From Eledone cirrhosa (taxonomy: Eukaryota): a stretch of 64,000 bases of DNA. Below, one piece after another: positions 39,261-51,691 of the stretch. The DNA lies in NCBI GenBank assembly GCA_964016885.1, contig OZ024740.1, positions 98,704,001 through 98,768,000 on the forward strand, in the 5' to 3' direction. Position 1 is the first letter of the stretch, and every line of letters begins with the position of its first letter. The notes under the pieces are model-generated. The model saw nothing but the letters and a program-made list of their open reading frames with translations, was not told where the DNA came from and did no database searches. The position numbers were made by a program, and so were the translations under genes.

Positions 39261-41359
39261 TTTTTGTCATTTTTATAACTTAACCCTACACTAAATGGTA
39301 GCCTATGATTCAGTGTTTAAGGAGAAACTGAACCAGAATATCTGTTGTCTGCAACTGGGACATTGTGAAAAGCTTCAATTCTTCTAAGTGAGCAATAAAT
39401 TTATCAGGAGCAGTGCAATTTGTTTGAATTTCTTCTTCCATGATTTCATTTTCTTTTTGATTATACCATGAGTGTTTTTAATAATTGGTGTTGTTGCACA
39501 CCTGTTAGAGGTGTCTATTTATGTTAACAAATCCCATTAATTTAATGATCATTATAATATCAACCCTAGACAAAGAAGAGACAAACTACCTTCAGAGGGA
39601 TGCCTACAGTTTATTCCAGATTATACATATCAAGATGAAGATCTTAACCATATAATCGTATAAGACCATGGAAATAGTACATTTCCTAAAGTTATTGATG
39701 TGATATGCAATGCCTACAGGAACATATCAGTCAAAGCAACAGAAAAATATTTTAAGAATCATAACCAGTAAATGGGCAGATTTGTTAAAGAGTAAGACAA
39801 AATACCTTCTGGTATTTGTAACAGCTCTTTGCACTTGGAATTCAAATAATATTTTCAGGATCATTTAATTAGTATTAGTCCAGTGCAGTGGTTTGGTGGA
39901 AGTATTAGATTGCCTTTTCATATTTGTTCTAGATCTGTGTTCTGAGTTCAAATTCTTCTGTTGTCTGCTTGGGTAGTAAATATAAACTGCCACCTGTTTA
40001 AGACCACCACCTGGCCATATAGTAGTTTCAGCTGTTCTCTCTGTTTCAAACATCCAGATCAGGTTTCATGTTTGAGGATATCTTTTTCCTACCCTTACCA
40101 AAGTTTCAAAAGCCCTAAAAAGGGTCAGAGGAACTTCCTCTTCCTCCATGACTAAACAATAAAAAGATCATGTGATATGTATGCAACATGAATAACATTG
40201 TGAGAGTAGCAATTAAATTAACAAATTAAAGTCCATCTCAAGCCAGGATGTTTATCATTTTTGAGTTTATACTGGTTTCATTGATATTAATCTTTTGATC
40301 CCAAACAGCTTGAAACTGTCCCTAGTTCTAAGAAATAAAACGTTTTTATTTATAGTGTTTATCTAATACCTTCCATTGTCATTTTATTTAAGAACCTTTG
40401 TTAACATAAGTTAACAAAGGTTCTTAAATAAAATTACCAGTTTAATAATAAGAAGGCAAGTTATATTACTAAATCCCATCAAATACTTGATTACATTCAA
40501 AATGATTTGAAAATTATAGGCAGTGACTTTCATTAGTAATGTGGTAATGAAATGGTTAAACGACTAGGAGTACAAAACACCACCGAACAGGATTCCAAGA
40601 CAGTTACAGGGTTAATCCCCAGTGAATGCTGATGCTCATATTTTCCAATGGAGTGGACTAGAGGAAGGTAAAATAAAATGGTTTGCTCAAGGACACAATG
40701 CTACCTGATCCAGGAACCAAACTTATAAATTTATGATCATGAGCCAAACATCCTAACCACCAGGTCATGTACCATCATGAGATAAACACTGAGAATGATT
40801 ATAAAGTAGACAGACTAAAGAAGAAGGATCTTTCTTGTGGAATATTTAGTCCAAGAACTGCAGAAAATAGTTCACATTAGGAAAATTATGTTCATAGAGA
40901 AAATTTTCATCAGGGACATTGTCACCATTGTCATTATCATAATTGTCATCCTCAAGTACATCTTCATGATCACCATTCTTGTCATTTTTGACATTGTTAT
41001 TGTTGTCATCATCATTGTCATCTTCATAATCACCATGAGGGAAATGAATCTTTTGCGCAATTATTTAATGGCTCTCCCTGATTTTTAACCCTTTCAGGCA
41101 TCTCTTATCTAAAATCAGAGTACACACTTATAATTATAAAAAACATTAATGAGAAGGTAACTCAAATAAACAACAATCTCATACAAATTACCATAATATA
41201 TAGAGAATGCAGGTGTTATTACATAACTGTTGTCATTATTCCACTCATGATCAGATTTGAGTGAGCAGACCTCTCATGAAACAGCTAAAAGACCTTTGTT
41301 TTTTTCTAGACACAGTGTATGTTATTGTACATTAACAAACATGACTATCATAATTTTGT

Positions 41360-41745
41360 GGGTGTGTGTGTCTGTATGTGAGTGCGTATCTCTGTGTGTG
41401 GGTGTACATGTGTGTGTATATGTGTGTGTATGTGTGTGTGTGTATATGTGTGTGTATATGTGTTTGAGTCTGTGTGTGTGTATGCATGTGTATCTGTGCA
41501 TGTGTGTGAGTGTATGAGTGTGTCTCTCTGGCTGTGTGTGTGTGTGCATGTGTCTGTGTGCATATGTGCATGTCTATGTATGTGTATGCCTGTGTGTGTG
41601 TGTGTGTCTGTTTGTGAGAGTGTGTGTGTGTGTGTCTGTGTATGGCTATGTCTGTGTGTGTGCATGTGTCTGTGTGTGTATCTGTGTGTGGGTGCGCGCG
41701 TGTGTGTGTGTGTGTGTGTTTGTGTGTCTGTGTGTTCGTGTGTAG
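41360..41745. repeat. Degenerate (TG)n tract
   Basis: Read directly from the sequence. Confidence 0.95.
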
Positions 41746-43154
41746 ATGTCATTTGTGAGAATTTGGCTGTTATTTCTAGTAGATCGTGCCACACAAATTA
41801 AACAGTTTAAATTACATAATCAACACTGATGATTGACTGTAATGAACTGGGTCAGAAAGAACACAGATGGATATACACAAACATAAACACACACACATCA
41901 ACAATATCAGACAATATTTAATAACAGTAATAATAATAATAATAATATTAATATTAATAATAATGGTGAAATGATAACAAAAATAAAATAAAAAACAATA
42001 TTAATAATAATTGTAATAATAATGATATTAATAATAATAATGATGATGACAACAACAAGAACAACACCAAAGACAAGGGTAGTAATAAATGATAAAGTGA
42101 ACACAACATAACAAACAATATGGTCTTTTGATTTCGATGATAATTGTTGAGGAATGCAACCATTTGCTACAAAATACCTAATTACAAATTATAAAGTCAG
42201 GGCCTCTCTAATTAGAAACAATATTTTTCACATCATAAGACTCATTTAGCTGATCATATAATTAACCAAGTGATACTTAGTCATTCCAGAATTTCTACAA
42301 CCATTTTACTTGGCTCATCACTCACAAAATTGGCGCCAAATCAAGAGATACCTGACTAATTGTATTCTTCATTATTTCATAGGCTTTGTAATAATTATAT
42401 ATATATATATATAATATATCTATGTATCTAACTATCTATATTTTTTTTTTCTCCAAAATGGCTGACTGAATACACAAATGTTTTTTCTCCAAAAGATATT
42501 TTGTTTCCTTCCTTTTCTCACTCTCAATCTTTTCATTTCATCTTTTATTTTTCATTCTATCTTTTGATGAAAGACTAGTGTCCAAATTATAAAGACCCCT
42601 TTCATACTGCATCAAGTCTTAAACTAATTTATTTCTTCAATGTACTGTGAAGTTGTTGGCCATGAGTCTAAATCAGAAACCATTATTAACACAATTTTAA
42701 TTATTTTTATGATTTTTACTATTATTAATACATTCTGTATCTTTACATGTAATATTACTAATATTAATATTATTTTTCATATATGGTAGCTGGAAATTAT
42801 TCAGCTAATCTAAAAAGAGTATTAGTCTCCTGATTTTTTCATAGCAAGAATTTGTTCTTCCTACTTCACATAATAACGCAATTCTCCTTGCATATATTTC
42901 ATTCACCTCAAGAAAACATCTTTATGCACTACCATTATATCTTTATATTTTCTAAAGGACATATTTGGTCATAATGTTTTGGAAATATATACTTATGTCC
43001 ACAGATTGATATTTCTCAGTTTCAGATAATCCCGCACAGGGTGTAAGCAGAAATTATCTGCTTAAACTTTTAATGTGCTAATAATACACACACACACACA
43101 CACACATATATATCATCATTTAACGTCCATTTTCCACGCTAGCATGGGTCTGGA

Positions 43155-43193
<39 letters not shown>

Positions 43194-43408
43194 CGTTTCT
43201 GAATTTGTTTAGCAAGATTCTTTATCTGAAATCGTGTGTTGAAACCGATATTGTTATAATTTGGGAGGGTCAAGTTGCCAATAAGAAACACACGCACCAG
43301 TTGCTTTCACTTCAATTTATTATAATAAATTTATAAATTTAGGAATTTATAAATTTATAAATTTCTGGTTGGTTGGTTGGTTCCACAACCAGATAGTTGT
43401 TTATATAT

Positions 43409-43452
43409 TGTCAAAGTTCTTTCGTCACACATTCTGTGACCTCATCAGTGGC
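43409..43452 (-). ncRNA. Minimal hammerhead ribozyme in the Penelope 3' pseudo-LTR
   Basis: Minus strand gcca-CTGATGA-G-GTCACA[gaatg]TGTGAC-GAAA-GAAC-TT-tgac. Hammerheads are established features of PLE pseudo-LTRs. Confidence 0.8.
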
Positions 43453-43647
43453 TGGGGATTCTTTTCTTTGTTTTTGTGACTCTCCTTTGTTCTGTCCTAC
43501 GCCATTTTGTTTCTGTGTGTGTGTTGTGTGCTCAGTCTGCGCATGCGCCACATCCGGGTGTCTGTGTGTGTTTATATTTGTTTATTTATTTGTTTATTTA
43601 CATGGTACCGGTTGGTTGTTTGTTCTATGTGTGTTTTCATTTTGTCC

Positions 43648-46222
43648 TTAATTGTAAGTAGTGATGTTGCTGTTCCACTCATATTTTCTATTTCATTTTG
43701 GTTGTAATTCTTTTATGTTTATTGCCTCTGTGATTTGTCTAAACATTGCGTCTTTTTTGTGTGTAGATTCTATTTTTATTTCTATGTTCTCTACTTTACC
43801 CTTATGTTCTATTTTAGCATGTTGGTAGAGTACAGATGATTCTTTACTATCTTGAAGGTCTCGCCAGTGTTCATTTATCCGTTCCCCTACACTACGGGCT
43901 GTCTCACCTGTGTACACTATATTTTTGTCTCTACATTGTCCTTCAGTACATCTTATGCTATACACTACATTTCTAGTTTTACAGTTAATATGGGGGCTTA
44001 TTTTACAGGTTATACATTTCTTATCTATACAGGGGGCTCTTTGAAAAGGGTATGTCTTGCTAATAAGTGTTTTTACGGAGGTACCTGGTCTTTCTACTAT
44101 CTTAATTTTGAGTTTATGTTTATCTAGGGCCCTTCTAAATTTGTAAGCTAATTCACCTCTAGGGGTTGTATCGATGAACATTACACTCTGGTATTTATTG
44201 CTATCATACCATGAGTTTATTCTATTAGCCTTATTCCTAGTTCTTTCTATTCTATTCCAAAATTTGCTCCTATACAAGGGGCAGGTCCCATTTGTGTCAT
44301 TATTTACCATTTTTTCCCATTTGGTTCTGGCTCCTCTATACACTCTGATTTTCTCTCTATGATTGTAACCAGAGAACTGCATACGGTGGATGAAGTGTTG
44401 TATGTGTCTCTCTAGTTCTTCTGGGTTGCACATGCGGAACACGTTTCTCATCACCCGTACCAAATCCGCAATCAGTATGTTGATTTTGGTATGGTCCGAA
44501 ACAGCCGAGTTTCGGTGGATCAGATGTTTGGAAGTCATGGGTTTGGCATAATGGGAATGGAGGATTTGTTTTTTGTTATTAATGGTATCTAACCAGAGCT
44601 CTGTGTCTAGTACAGGTAATCGATGGTTGGCCTTTTTACTTGGGTAGTCTATAGTAACTCTAATAATCTGGTGGATGGAGTTAGCTATTTGCTGGATGCT
44701 TTCCATTGTGTTTTTCTCTAGTTCCTGACTGTTCTCTAGTGGGGGTGTCTTAACTACGATGTTTATATCATCAACGTAGCGGGAGTACATTATCAGGGTT
44801 AAGGGGTCTTCAAATTGTTCTTTAAGTTTAAGTTTAAGTCTACTGTCCCACCATACCATGAATAAGTTAGCTATGTCACCTGCAATGCTAACACCAATGG
44901 CTGCTCCTTCCTCTTGGGCATATGTTTTTCCATTAAATTTGAACATATGTTCCTTAAGGGTTAGTTTTATGCTGGCCCTTACTGCATATGCAATCATTTT
45001 CTTCAGTTCATCGTGGTTTTCGGGTGTCCGTATGGCTCTGGTCCACCCGTTCCATCTATCTGTGTGGGTTTTCTTGGCCATTGAGGTAATGGTAGATGGT
45101 GCCTCTTGCTGGTCTTGTAGGGCACAGGTTGCTAAGGTCATATGTGTCTAGGTAATTATTACTATAGGTAAGTTTAAGTAGGAGTCCCAGCTCACTGGTA
45201 TCAATCCCACGGAACTCAACATTGCTCTCGCTGATCATTTCTACGCATTTCTCCACAGCAAAATCCACGTCAATAGATGGATACAGGGACACAACATCCA
45301 TACTACCTATTATGCAGTTTGTTAGGTCCCTAGATCGGTTACCCCCGCCGATTCTGCTGAGGAGGTCCTCCGTGCTGTCACATACATCTGGGGACATTTC
45401 AATGATGGGGCGTATGATCAGGGAGAGGAAGTAGGACAGTCTGTAGTTACTAGCAATGTTAGCCCCACAGACTGGCTGTGTTGGTGGTCCCGTGACAGGG
45501 ACATTGCCCGTTTTATGGTCTTTTCGAAGCCCATACAACGTCGGCACGTCATTGTTCCAGGCCTGGAAGTTGTTGGCAGTCCTTTTGTTGGGCTGCATTA
45601 TATTTGTCCACATCACCATATGGGCATTGGGGGCTTTTTCCCTATCCTCATGTTCCTGTGGTGTTACCTCTCTTGTGTTAGTGATGTGGGGTTGCATTGG
45701 CTGGATGTAGTTTGGCAGGCTGTCAACCGACATTCTGCCAGACTTGTCTGTTGGAAAGCATGCTATCTCTCCATTACGTGAGCGCTGCATGAGCTTACGC
45801 AAGCCATTTGCAGATGTTTCTCCCAGTTGCTGGGCCTCCATTCTATTATGCTTCTTGCTATACTGTTCTATAATATTTCTAAGTTCGGATCTAGCTATAC
45901 TAAATTGTGCTTCTGTTTGTTCATCGACCTGCGACGGCAATTGCGTGCGTTTGTTAAATGGTGAAGTCGTGGCGTGGACTCGTCGCAGGTCGAACGAATT
46001 ATCGGAGGGATTATAAAAAGTAGAGTTCCAGGCTGCTGCTTTATGTGTACTAGTGCTATTGTTATTGTTAGTTGTGTTGTTTCTATTTCTATTTCCACCA
46101 ACAGCCTCATGGTTGTTTCTATGTCTCTCATAATTATTCCTGTCTCTTTCCACTGGCTCATTGTTATTATCTACTCTATTTTGTGTGTCTGTGTGTTCGC
46201 CTTGGTTATTATCTTTGTCCAT
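43648..46222 (-). pseudogene. Penelope-like RT-GIY-YIG polyprotein, frameshifted near 45100, with in-frame TGA at 43693-43695
   Basis: ORFs 45056-46222 and 43693-45141 overlap in different frames. Reading through the TGA gives NRKYEWNSNITTYN*, ending at 43648. Confidence 0.85.
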
Positions 46223-46303
46223 AGTCTCCCTTCTCCTTTTAATCCTATTACTCTCCCTTATTTCTGTGATTTCTGTGCTACTGTCATTATTTGTTTTCTT
46301 AAG

Positions 46304-46486
46304 GGCGGTGGATTGGCAGTATCGGTAGAGGGTCGGACGCCATGCTTTCCAGCGTAGTTACGTCCCTTTACCATCTGAGTTCAAATCCCGCCGAGGTTGA
46401 CTTTGCCTTTCATCCTTACGGGGTCGATAAAATAAAGTACCAGTAATGCACTGGTAATTGCTGGCCTTGTGCCTAAAGTAGAAACA
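46304..46486 (+). mobile_element. SINE family A inserted into the Penelope N-terminal region, 14-bp TSD
   Basis: ATTATTTGTTTTCT at 46286-46299 and 46487-46500. Confidence 0.92.
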
Positions 46487-46979
46487 ATTATTTGTTTTCT
46501 GTGTCTGTGTGTTTGTTAAGATTGTGGTGGTGGTAAGAGGCATTGAATGTGTGTGTGTTGTTGTTGATGTGTGCTGTTGTTAATGTGTGTTGTTGTTGTT
46601 GTCTCCGTGTGTGTCATTATTGTTGTGTGTGTTGTTATTGTTGTTTGTGTCTGCGTGTGTGTTGTTGTTTTTTCTGGGTATGTTATTATTGTTGGTGTGT
46701 GTGTTGTTATTGTTGTTTGTGTCTGTGTGTCTGTTGTTGTTGGGATGTGTGTTGTATATGTGTGTGCGTATGTGTATGTTGTTACTTTTGTTTTTGTTTT
46801 TGTTTTTGAGGCTCCAACGTAATTTTGTAAATGATTTTTCTATTTCTGACAGACAACATATTTACCTTCTTGAATGTCGCAAATTTCGGTGGTAGAAGTA
46901 ATACAGATAATTCATCAGTGTCTATTGCCGTGTTGCCGTATATATTTGTGTTGTTATTGTTGTTGAACTCATCTGTTAA

Positions 46980-47076
<97 letters not shown>

Positions 47077-47113
47077 GTCTAACCCATGCTAGCGTGGAAG
47101 ATGGACGTTAAAC

Positions 47114-47161
<48 letters not shown>

Positions 47162-47859
47162 ATGGTTAAGAAGGCTAAGACAATGCAAAATGAAGGCACG
47201 AAAAATGTGTTACCTGATATATATGTGGATATATACAGTAATAATAAATACCAGGTCACAAACTTTAAAATTGTCTTTTATTTACCATCCATTTCGAATC
47301 GTCTTATCCTTCTTAACTTTATAATTTTCTACATTATATACTACGCACAATGCTTCAAGCAAACTACAACATTCAATTGTTCATTTTCCTAAGTTTATCA
47401 GCACTATTGTGACAGACGTGTAATATCTTCTCCCCCATTTATTGCAATGGATTACACATTTTTTAACGTGCTATCGTACTTTCTTCTAGCTTTATTCTTT
47501 CTTACTTTATTTTTCATTGTTTCAGTTATGACTGTAGTGCTATAAGAGGCACCACACGTTTTCCTGATGTCACAGAAAATTCTATGGGTAATTGTAGCTT
47601 AATTGTTATAAATTAATATTACGTCCCTCATCTCTTACTCCACTGGACAATGTTTGGCTTCTGTCAAACACTATGACCCCGGGTGTACTAGCAGTGCCAT
47701 TGGTAAGGATTGAAACTGCTGAAGCCCACCTCAATGGCCAATGACCCTGGAGTTCTGTGTCCTTCATTTGTATTATTATTTTAAAAAATAGTTTGTTAAG
47801 GTTTCCCCTTAAAACATTGTTTTCCATTTGTTGTCTTGTATATATGTCAGGTCACCAGT

Positions 47860-48452
47860 TGGTACTACTGGTAACATGTATCCCAGTACAACCTGTCTCA
47901 TGGTCGGGTCGTTGGCGACTAAACTGGCAACCCCACCAAGGTTTCTTGGTGAGGAGGGTGACTTTGGACATCCTGCAGGACTAAAAACAAAACCTGTCAA
48001 AGGGCAAAGGAGCTCTTAAGAGTCAATGGCCATCCAAAATCACCGGGAGAGATGACCTCTTAGCCTTTGTCAAGGCAGAATTCTAGGAGAAGGAAAACTC
48101 TGATATAACACCTGCAACTCTGATGGTATCCAATGATGTTGACTTGTTCTTCTTTTTGGTAAATATCATCTTGGTTAAGAGAGTGGGACTGGCTTTGTGC
48201 AGTGCCTTTGCTCACTATAAAAGCTTCACAGCACAGGCATTGCTTTATATCTGGAGATCTCTCTGCACTTGTCGTCACATGGTACCATGGGCCCAGCACT
48301 ATGTGTCAATAATTGTCACAAGTGTAGTATTTGTACCAGAGTTTTCAAGTCGCTGGCTGGACTAAAAGTCACACTCGTTCAACGCATCGGTAGGGGTTCT
48401 CCTACATGGATATAAAGTAGTGGCCGTACTCGAAAACGAGTTGGCAGCCGCC
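47860..48452 (+). mobile_element. Internally deleted RTE-derived element (5'UTR-like head plus C2H2 finger and 3' end)
   Basis: GAAGGAAAACTCTGAT..AAC head motif; HKCSICTRVFKSLAGLK-SHTRSTHR* at ~48317-48393; 3' end similar to 57540-57583; followed by (TA)n. Confidence 0.55.
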
Positions 48453-48460
48453 ATATATAT

Positions 48461-48809
48461 ATATACGATATTAAACAAATGGAAACTATATTTATAAAAC
48501 CATATTTATTTCATTATACATATTTCAGGGATACCATATTAAAAATATGGCATGCCTTCGTCAGATAAAATACAATATATAAACAGTTTTATAAATAATT
48601 TTGACGTACCATAATATAAGCGACCATTAAAATAGGAAGCTGCCTATTACTTATCTAAACCTCAGAGCCAACAGCCATCTACCCCATAATATAAGCGACC
48701 ATTAAATTACGAAGGCATGCCATATTTTTAATATGGTATCCCTGAAATATGTATAATGAAATAAATATGGTTTTATAAATATAGTTTCCATTTGTTTAAT
48801 ATCGTATAT
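48461..48809. repeat. Perfect inverted repeat: 101-bp arms (48461-48561 / 48709-48809), 147-bp spacer
   Basis: The arms are exact reverse complements; the left arm abuts a short (TA)n. Confidence 0.95.
48517..48564 (-). ncRNA. Minimal hammerhead motif with intact catalytic core
   Basis: Minus strand CTGACGA-AGG.ATGCCATATT[ttt]AATATGGTAT.CCT-GAAA-TAT-GTA. Confidence 0.72.
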
Positions 48810-50389
48810 CTACTCCAAAAAATTGTCGAGTGCTTTATATCAGTTATAAAATATTTACTTGTTGTAACCCAACAATTTTAAATAAAACTTTTGCATATAT
48901 ATGGGTGAGTATGTGTATGTGTATGTACATGTCTATATTTTCTTTATAACTGTTTTTTTCTGACTTTTCACTACTTTATGCTTTCTGTTTCATATAATTC
49001 TTCTTGTTTGTATATTTCACAGCCTATTTGAGTTGATATGTATGTATCAAGTATATAACAATAACTGTATAATTTAAACATTAGCCCATACTAAACTATG
49101 TTACTTAACAATAGAGATAATAAAATATTTAAGAAGTATTTAATTTCATACATTTAATTCAGAAAAATAACATTCAATATATCTAACATGATAAAATATA
49201 ACGTTTTTCCTGTAAAGTTAATTTTTAATATTTAAATCTTTTTAGTATCCTTATTATTATTTCATCTTCATCATCATCTTGTTGTTTTCAGGTCTTTGCA
49301 CTCAGTTTTCAAATCTCGCTGAGGTCAACTTTGCATTTTAACCTTCAGATTGAGAAAATAATGTACCAGTTTCAAGTGTTAGAATAACTGAATCGGTAGA
49401 ACATCGGATATGATACTTTGAAGTAGTTGTTTTGGCTTTTTTATTCTCAGTTCAAATCCTGCCGTGATTTCCATGGGTGGTAGAATTCATTTAATTCACT
49501 TCATCGATTTAATACTATTACTTATCTAAACCTCAGAGCCAACAGCCATGTACCCCAATTATCGTTTTCATAGCTTCACCAACCCACAATTGGCGAAGCA
49601 TGGTGAGTATGGCTACACCCCTGACAAAAAGAGAAAGCAGAAGAGGTCAACCAGAGAGGGATTCCTACAGCAAGAGTGAGAGGGCCCTTGATTGGACCTG
49701 CACATTGGGTTCCTTTAGCGAAGTTTACTCTGTTGTAAATATTAGGGCCAGTTTTCTATTTGAGGATGTCTATCTCCCTCCTTCCCATTAGCCTCACGAA
49801 CCCTAAAAAGAGTCATGAGTATTGCCCTGCAGATTCAGGCTAGTTGCTACTGCTCTAACATCATTTCTATCTTCCTGAAGTGTATACCGCATTGTTTTTC
49901 AGTGACATACAATTCTATTTGTTTATTATTTCCGTTTTGTTTTGTTGTAACATTCTTTCTAGTCTCCTTTTAGTGTTTCATCAGAGGTTTTTAACAATAA
50001 AGTAGTCCTAGGTTCGATTCAATTGTGCATTTTCTTGGCTAAGTGTTCTTTAACATAGCCACAGGTTGTTCTAAGTGTTTTGAGTGAAAAGGGCTTGACA
50101 GAAATTATTTGGAAACCTATTAGATGTACCTGTAATTCAAAATACCAGTCTTGTCACACAGTGTCATGATGAACATCCCTATAATTACATTTAGAGTACA
50201 CATGTCTAATGTATAATAAAACATTTGCATGTTAATTTCCTGAGCTAGGTTTTCCATTGATTGAATAATTGAAGCACTCATCACACACACACACACACAC
50301 ACACACACGCGCGAGTGCTCACACTCACATACTCACGCACACACACACACATATATATATTATATGTGTGTGTGTGTGTGTGCATCTAT

Positions 50390-50785
50390 CATCATCATCA
50401 TCATCATCATCATCATTTCATTTTACATCCGCTTTTTCCCTGCTTGCAAGTGTGGGACAGGAACTGATTCTGGCTTGATTTCTACAGCTGGATGCCCTTC
50501 CTAACACCAACCTCATTTACAATGAGTGCTGGGTGCTTTTTTGCCGTGGCACCTCCACGTCCACTTTAGAGTGTGGGCTGGGACCTTTTTTGCCGTGGCA
50601 CCTCCCCGGTCACTTTGCAGTGGAATGATATGAACCCCAGTCCCTATCATCTCATTTCTACAGCTGAGTAAACTGTAGCAATGTGAAATAAAGTGTCTTG
50701 CTCAAGGAAACAACACATCACCCGGTCTGAGAATTGAACTCACAACATTTCGATTGCAAGGCCAATGCTCTAACCACTAAGCCAT
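50390..50785 (-). mobile_element. SINE family B, copy 2, with a small internal duplication
   Basis: Reverse-complement match to 23960-24305. TTTTTGCCGTGGCACCTCC occurs twice (~50538 and ~50587). Confidence 0.88.
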
Positions 50786-50786
50786 A

Positions 50787-51213
50787 TCTATCTATATATT
50801 ACTAAGACTCTATGATTGCTTGCTTGTCTATAACGTAATACAGCCAAAAGGGCGCATAATGGGAAAATACTTTGAAAGGAAGTTGTCCATGAAATGGGAA
50901 TACAAATAGAATAAAACAAGTTTTGCATAAATCGAAACTTGGGTTCCCGAGATATGGGGTTTTTCCGGACATTTATAAACAGAACAAGAGAAAGATAGAG
51001 AGGAAGAGATAGTGGTTGTGAGAGAGTAGATTGAAAAAGAGACACATAGAGAGAGGGAGAGGAGACAAAGAAGGAGAATGGAAGAGAGAAACAGAGAGCT
51101 GGTGGTGTTTTTGTGTATATATATATATATATATGTGTGAGGGTGTATATGTGTGTGTGTGTGTCTATGACCAGTGTATTTAGATCACAAACACCCACAT
51201 ATTTATATACACA

Positions 51214-51285
<72 letters not shown>

Positions 51286-51691
51286 CATTCAGTGAGAATC
51301 GTGTTTCGGCTGGTAGAAAAAGCGAAACAAAACGCAAAATCGTAGAAATGGTGGCAAGCACTCCAATAATTAAGAAAACTAGAGCTAAACAATATGTTAA
51401 AACGCCATACAAACTGAAAAGTGGTCAAGAAGGCATTAATCACCTAAGCCAAAAAACAAATCAAGCTAAACAGGTCAAACAAAATAAATGATAAAATATA
51501 TATATATATGTACACACACACAATTATATATATACATGCACACATATACATATATGGGCCTTCCAGTTTCATTTCACATTATATACATGTCTGTGAATGT
51601 TTTAATTATTTTAAAATTACTTTTAGGTGAACTTGATTTTTTTAAAAATATTTTTAACTGAACATGACCCAACGGGTCACAGGTGGTCTAG
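50787..51691 (+). mobile_element. Probable Helitron, family H2, interrupted by microsatellites and other inserts
   Basis: A|TCTATCTATATATTA start, hairpin TGACCC-AAC-GGGTCA at 51665-51679, CTAG|T at 51688-51692. Confidence 0.55.

Larger units (their letters stand above)
43192..46980 (-). mobile_element. Penelope-like retroelement (Naiad-like), 5'-truncated, bounded by (TA)n at both ends
   Basis: N-terminus IYG..IDTDELSVLLLPPKFA / EIEKSFTKLRW (46980-46810). RT motifs PTDKSG, YGLRKDHK..GPPTQPVCGA, GSMDVVSLYPSID, GAAIG, RYVDDI, LPVLD. Cys linker CIDKKCITC. GIY-YIG VVYSIRC...YTGETARS..ER..EH. 3' hammerhead. (TA)n at 43159-43191 and 46982-47073. Confidence 0.9.

Noticed and set aside
43420-43446. 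AUGA...GA in the PLE hammerhead as a SECIS element
   Set aside because: The helix between AUGA and GA is only about 6 bp, too short for SECIS helix II.
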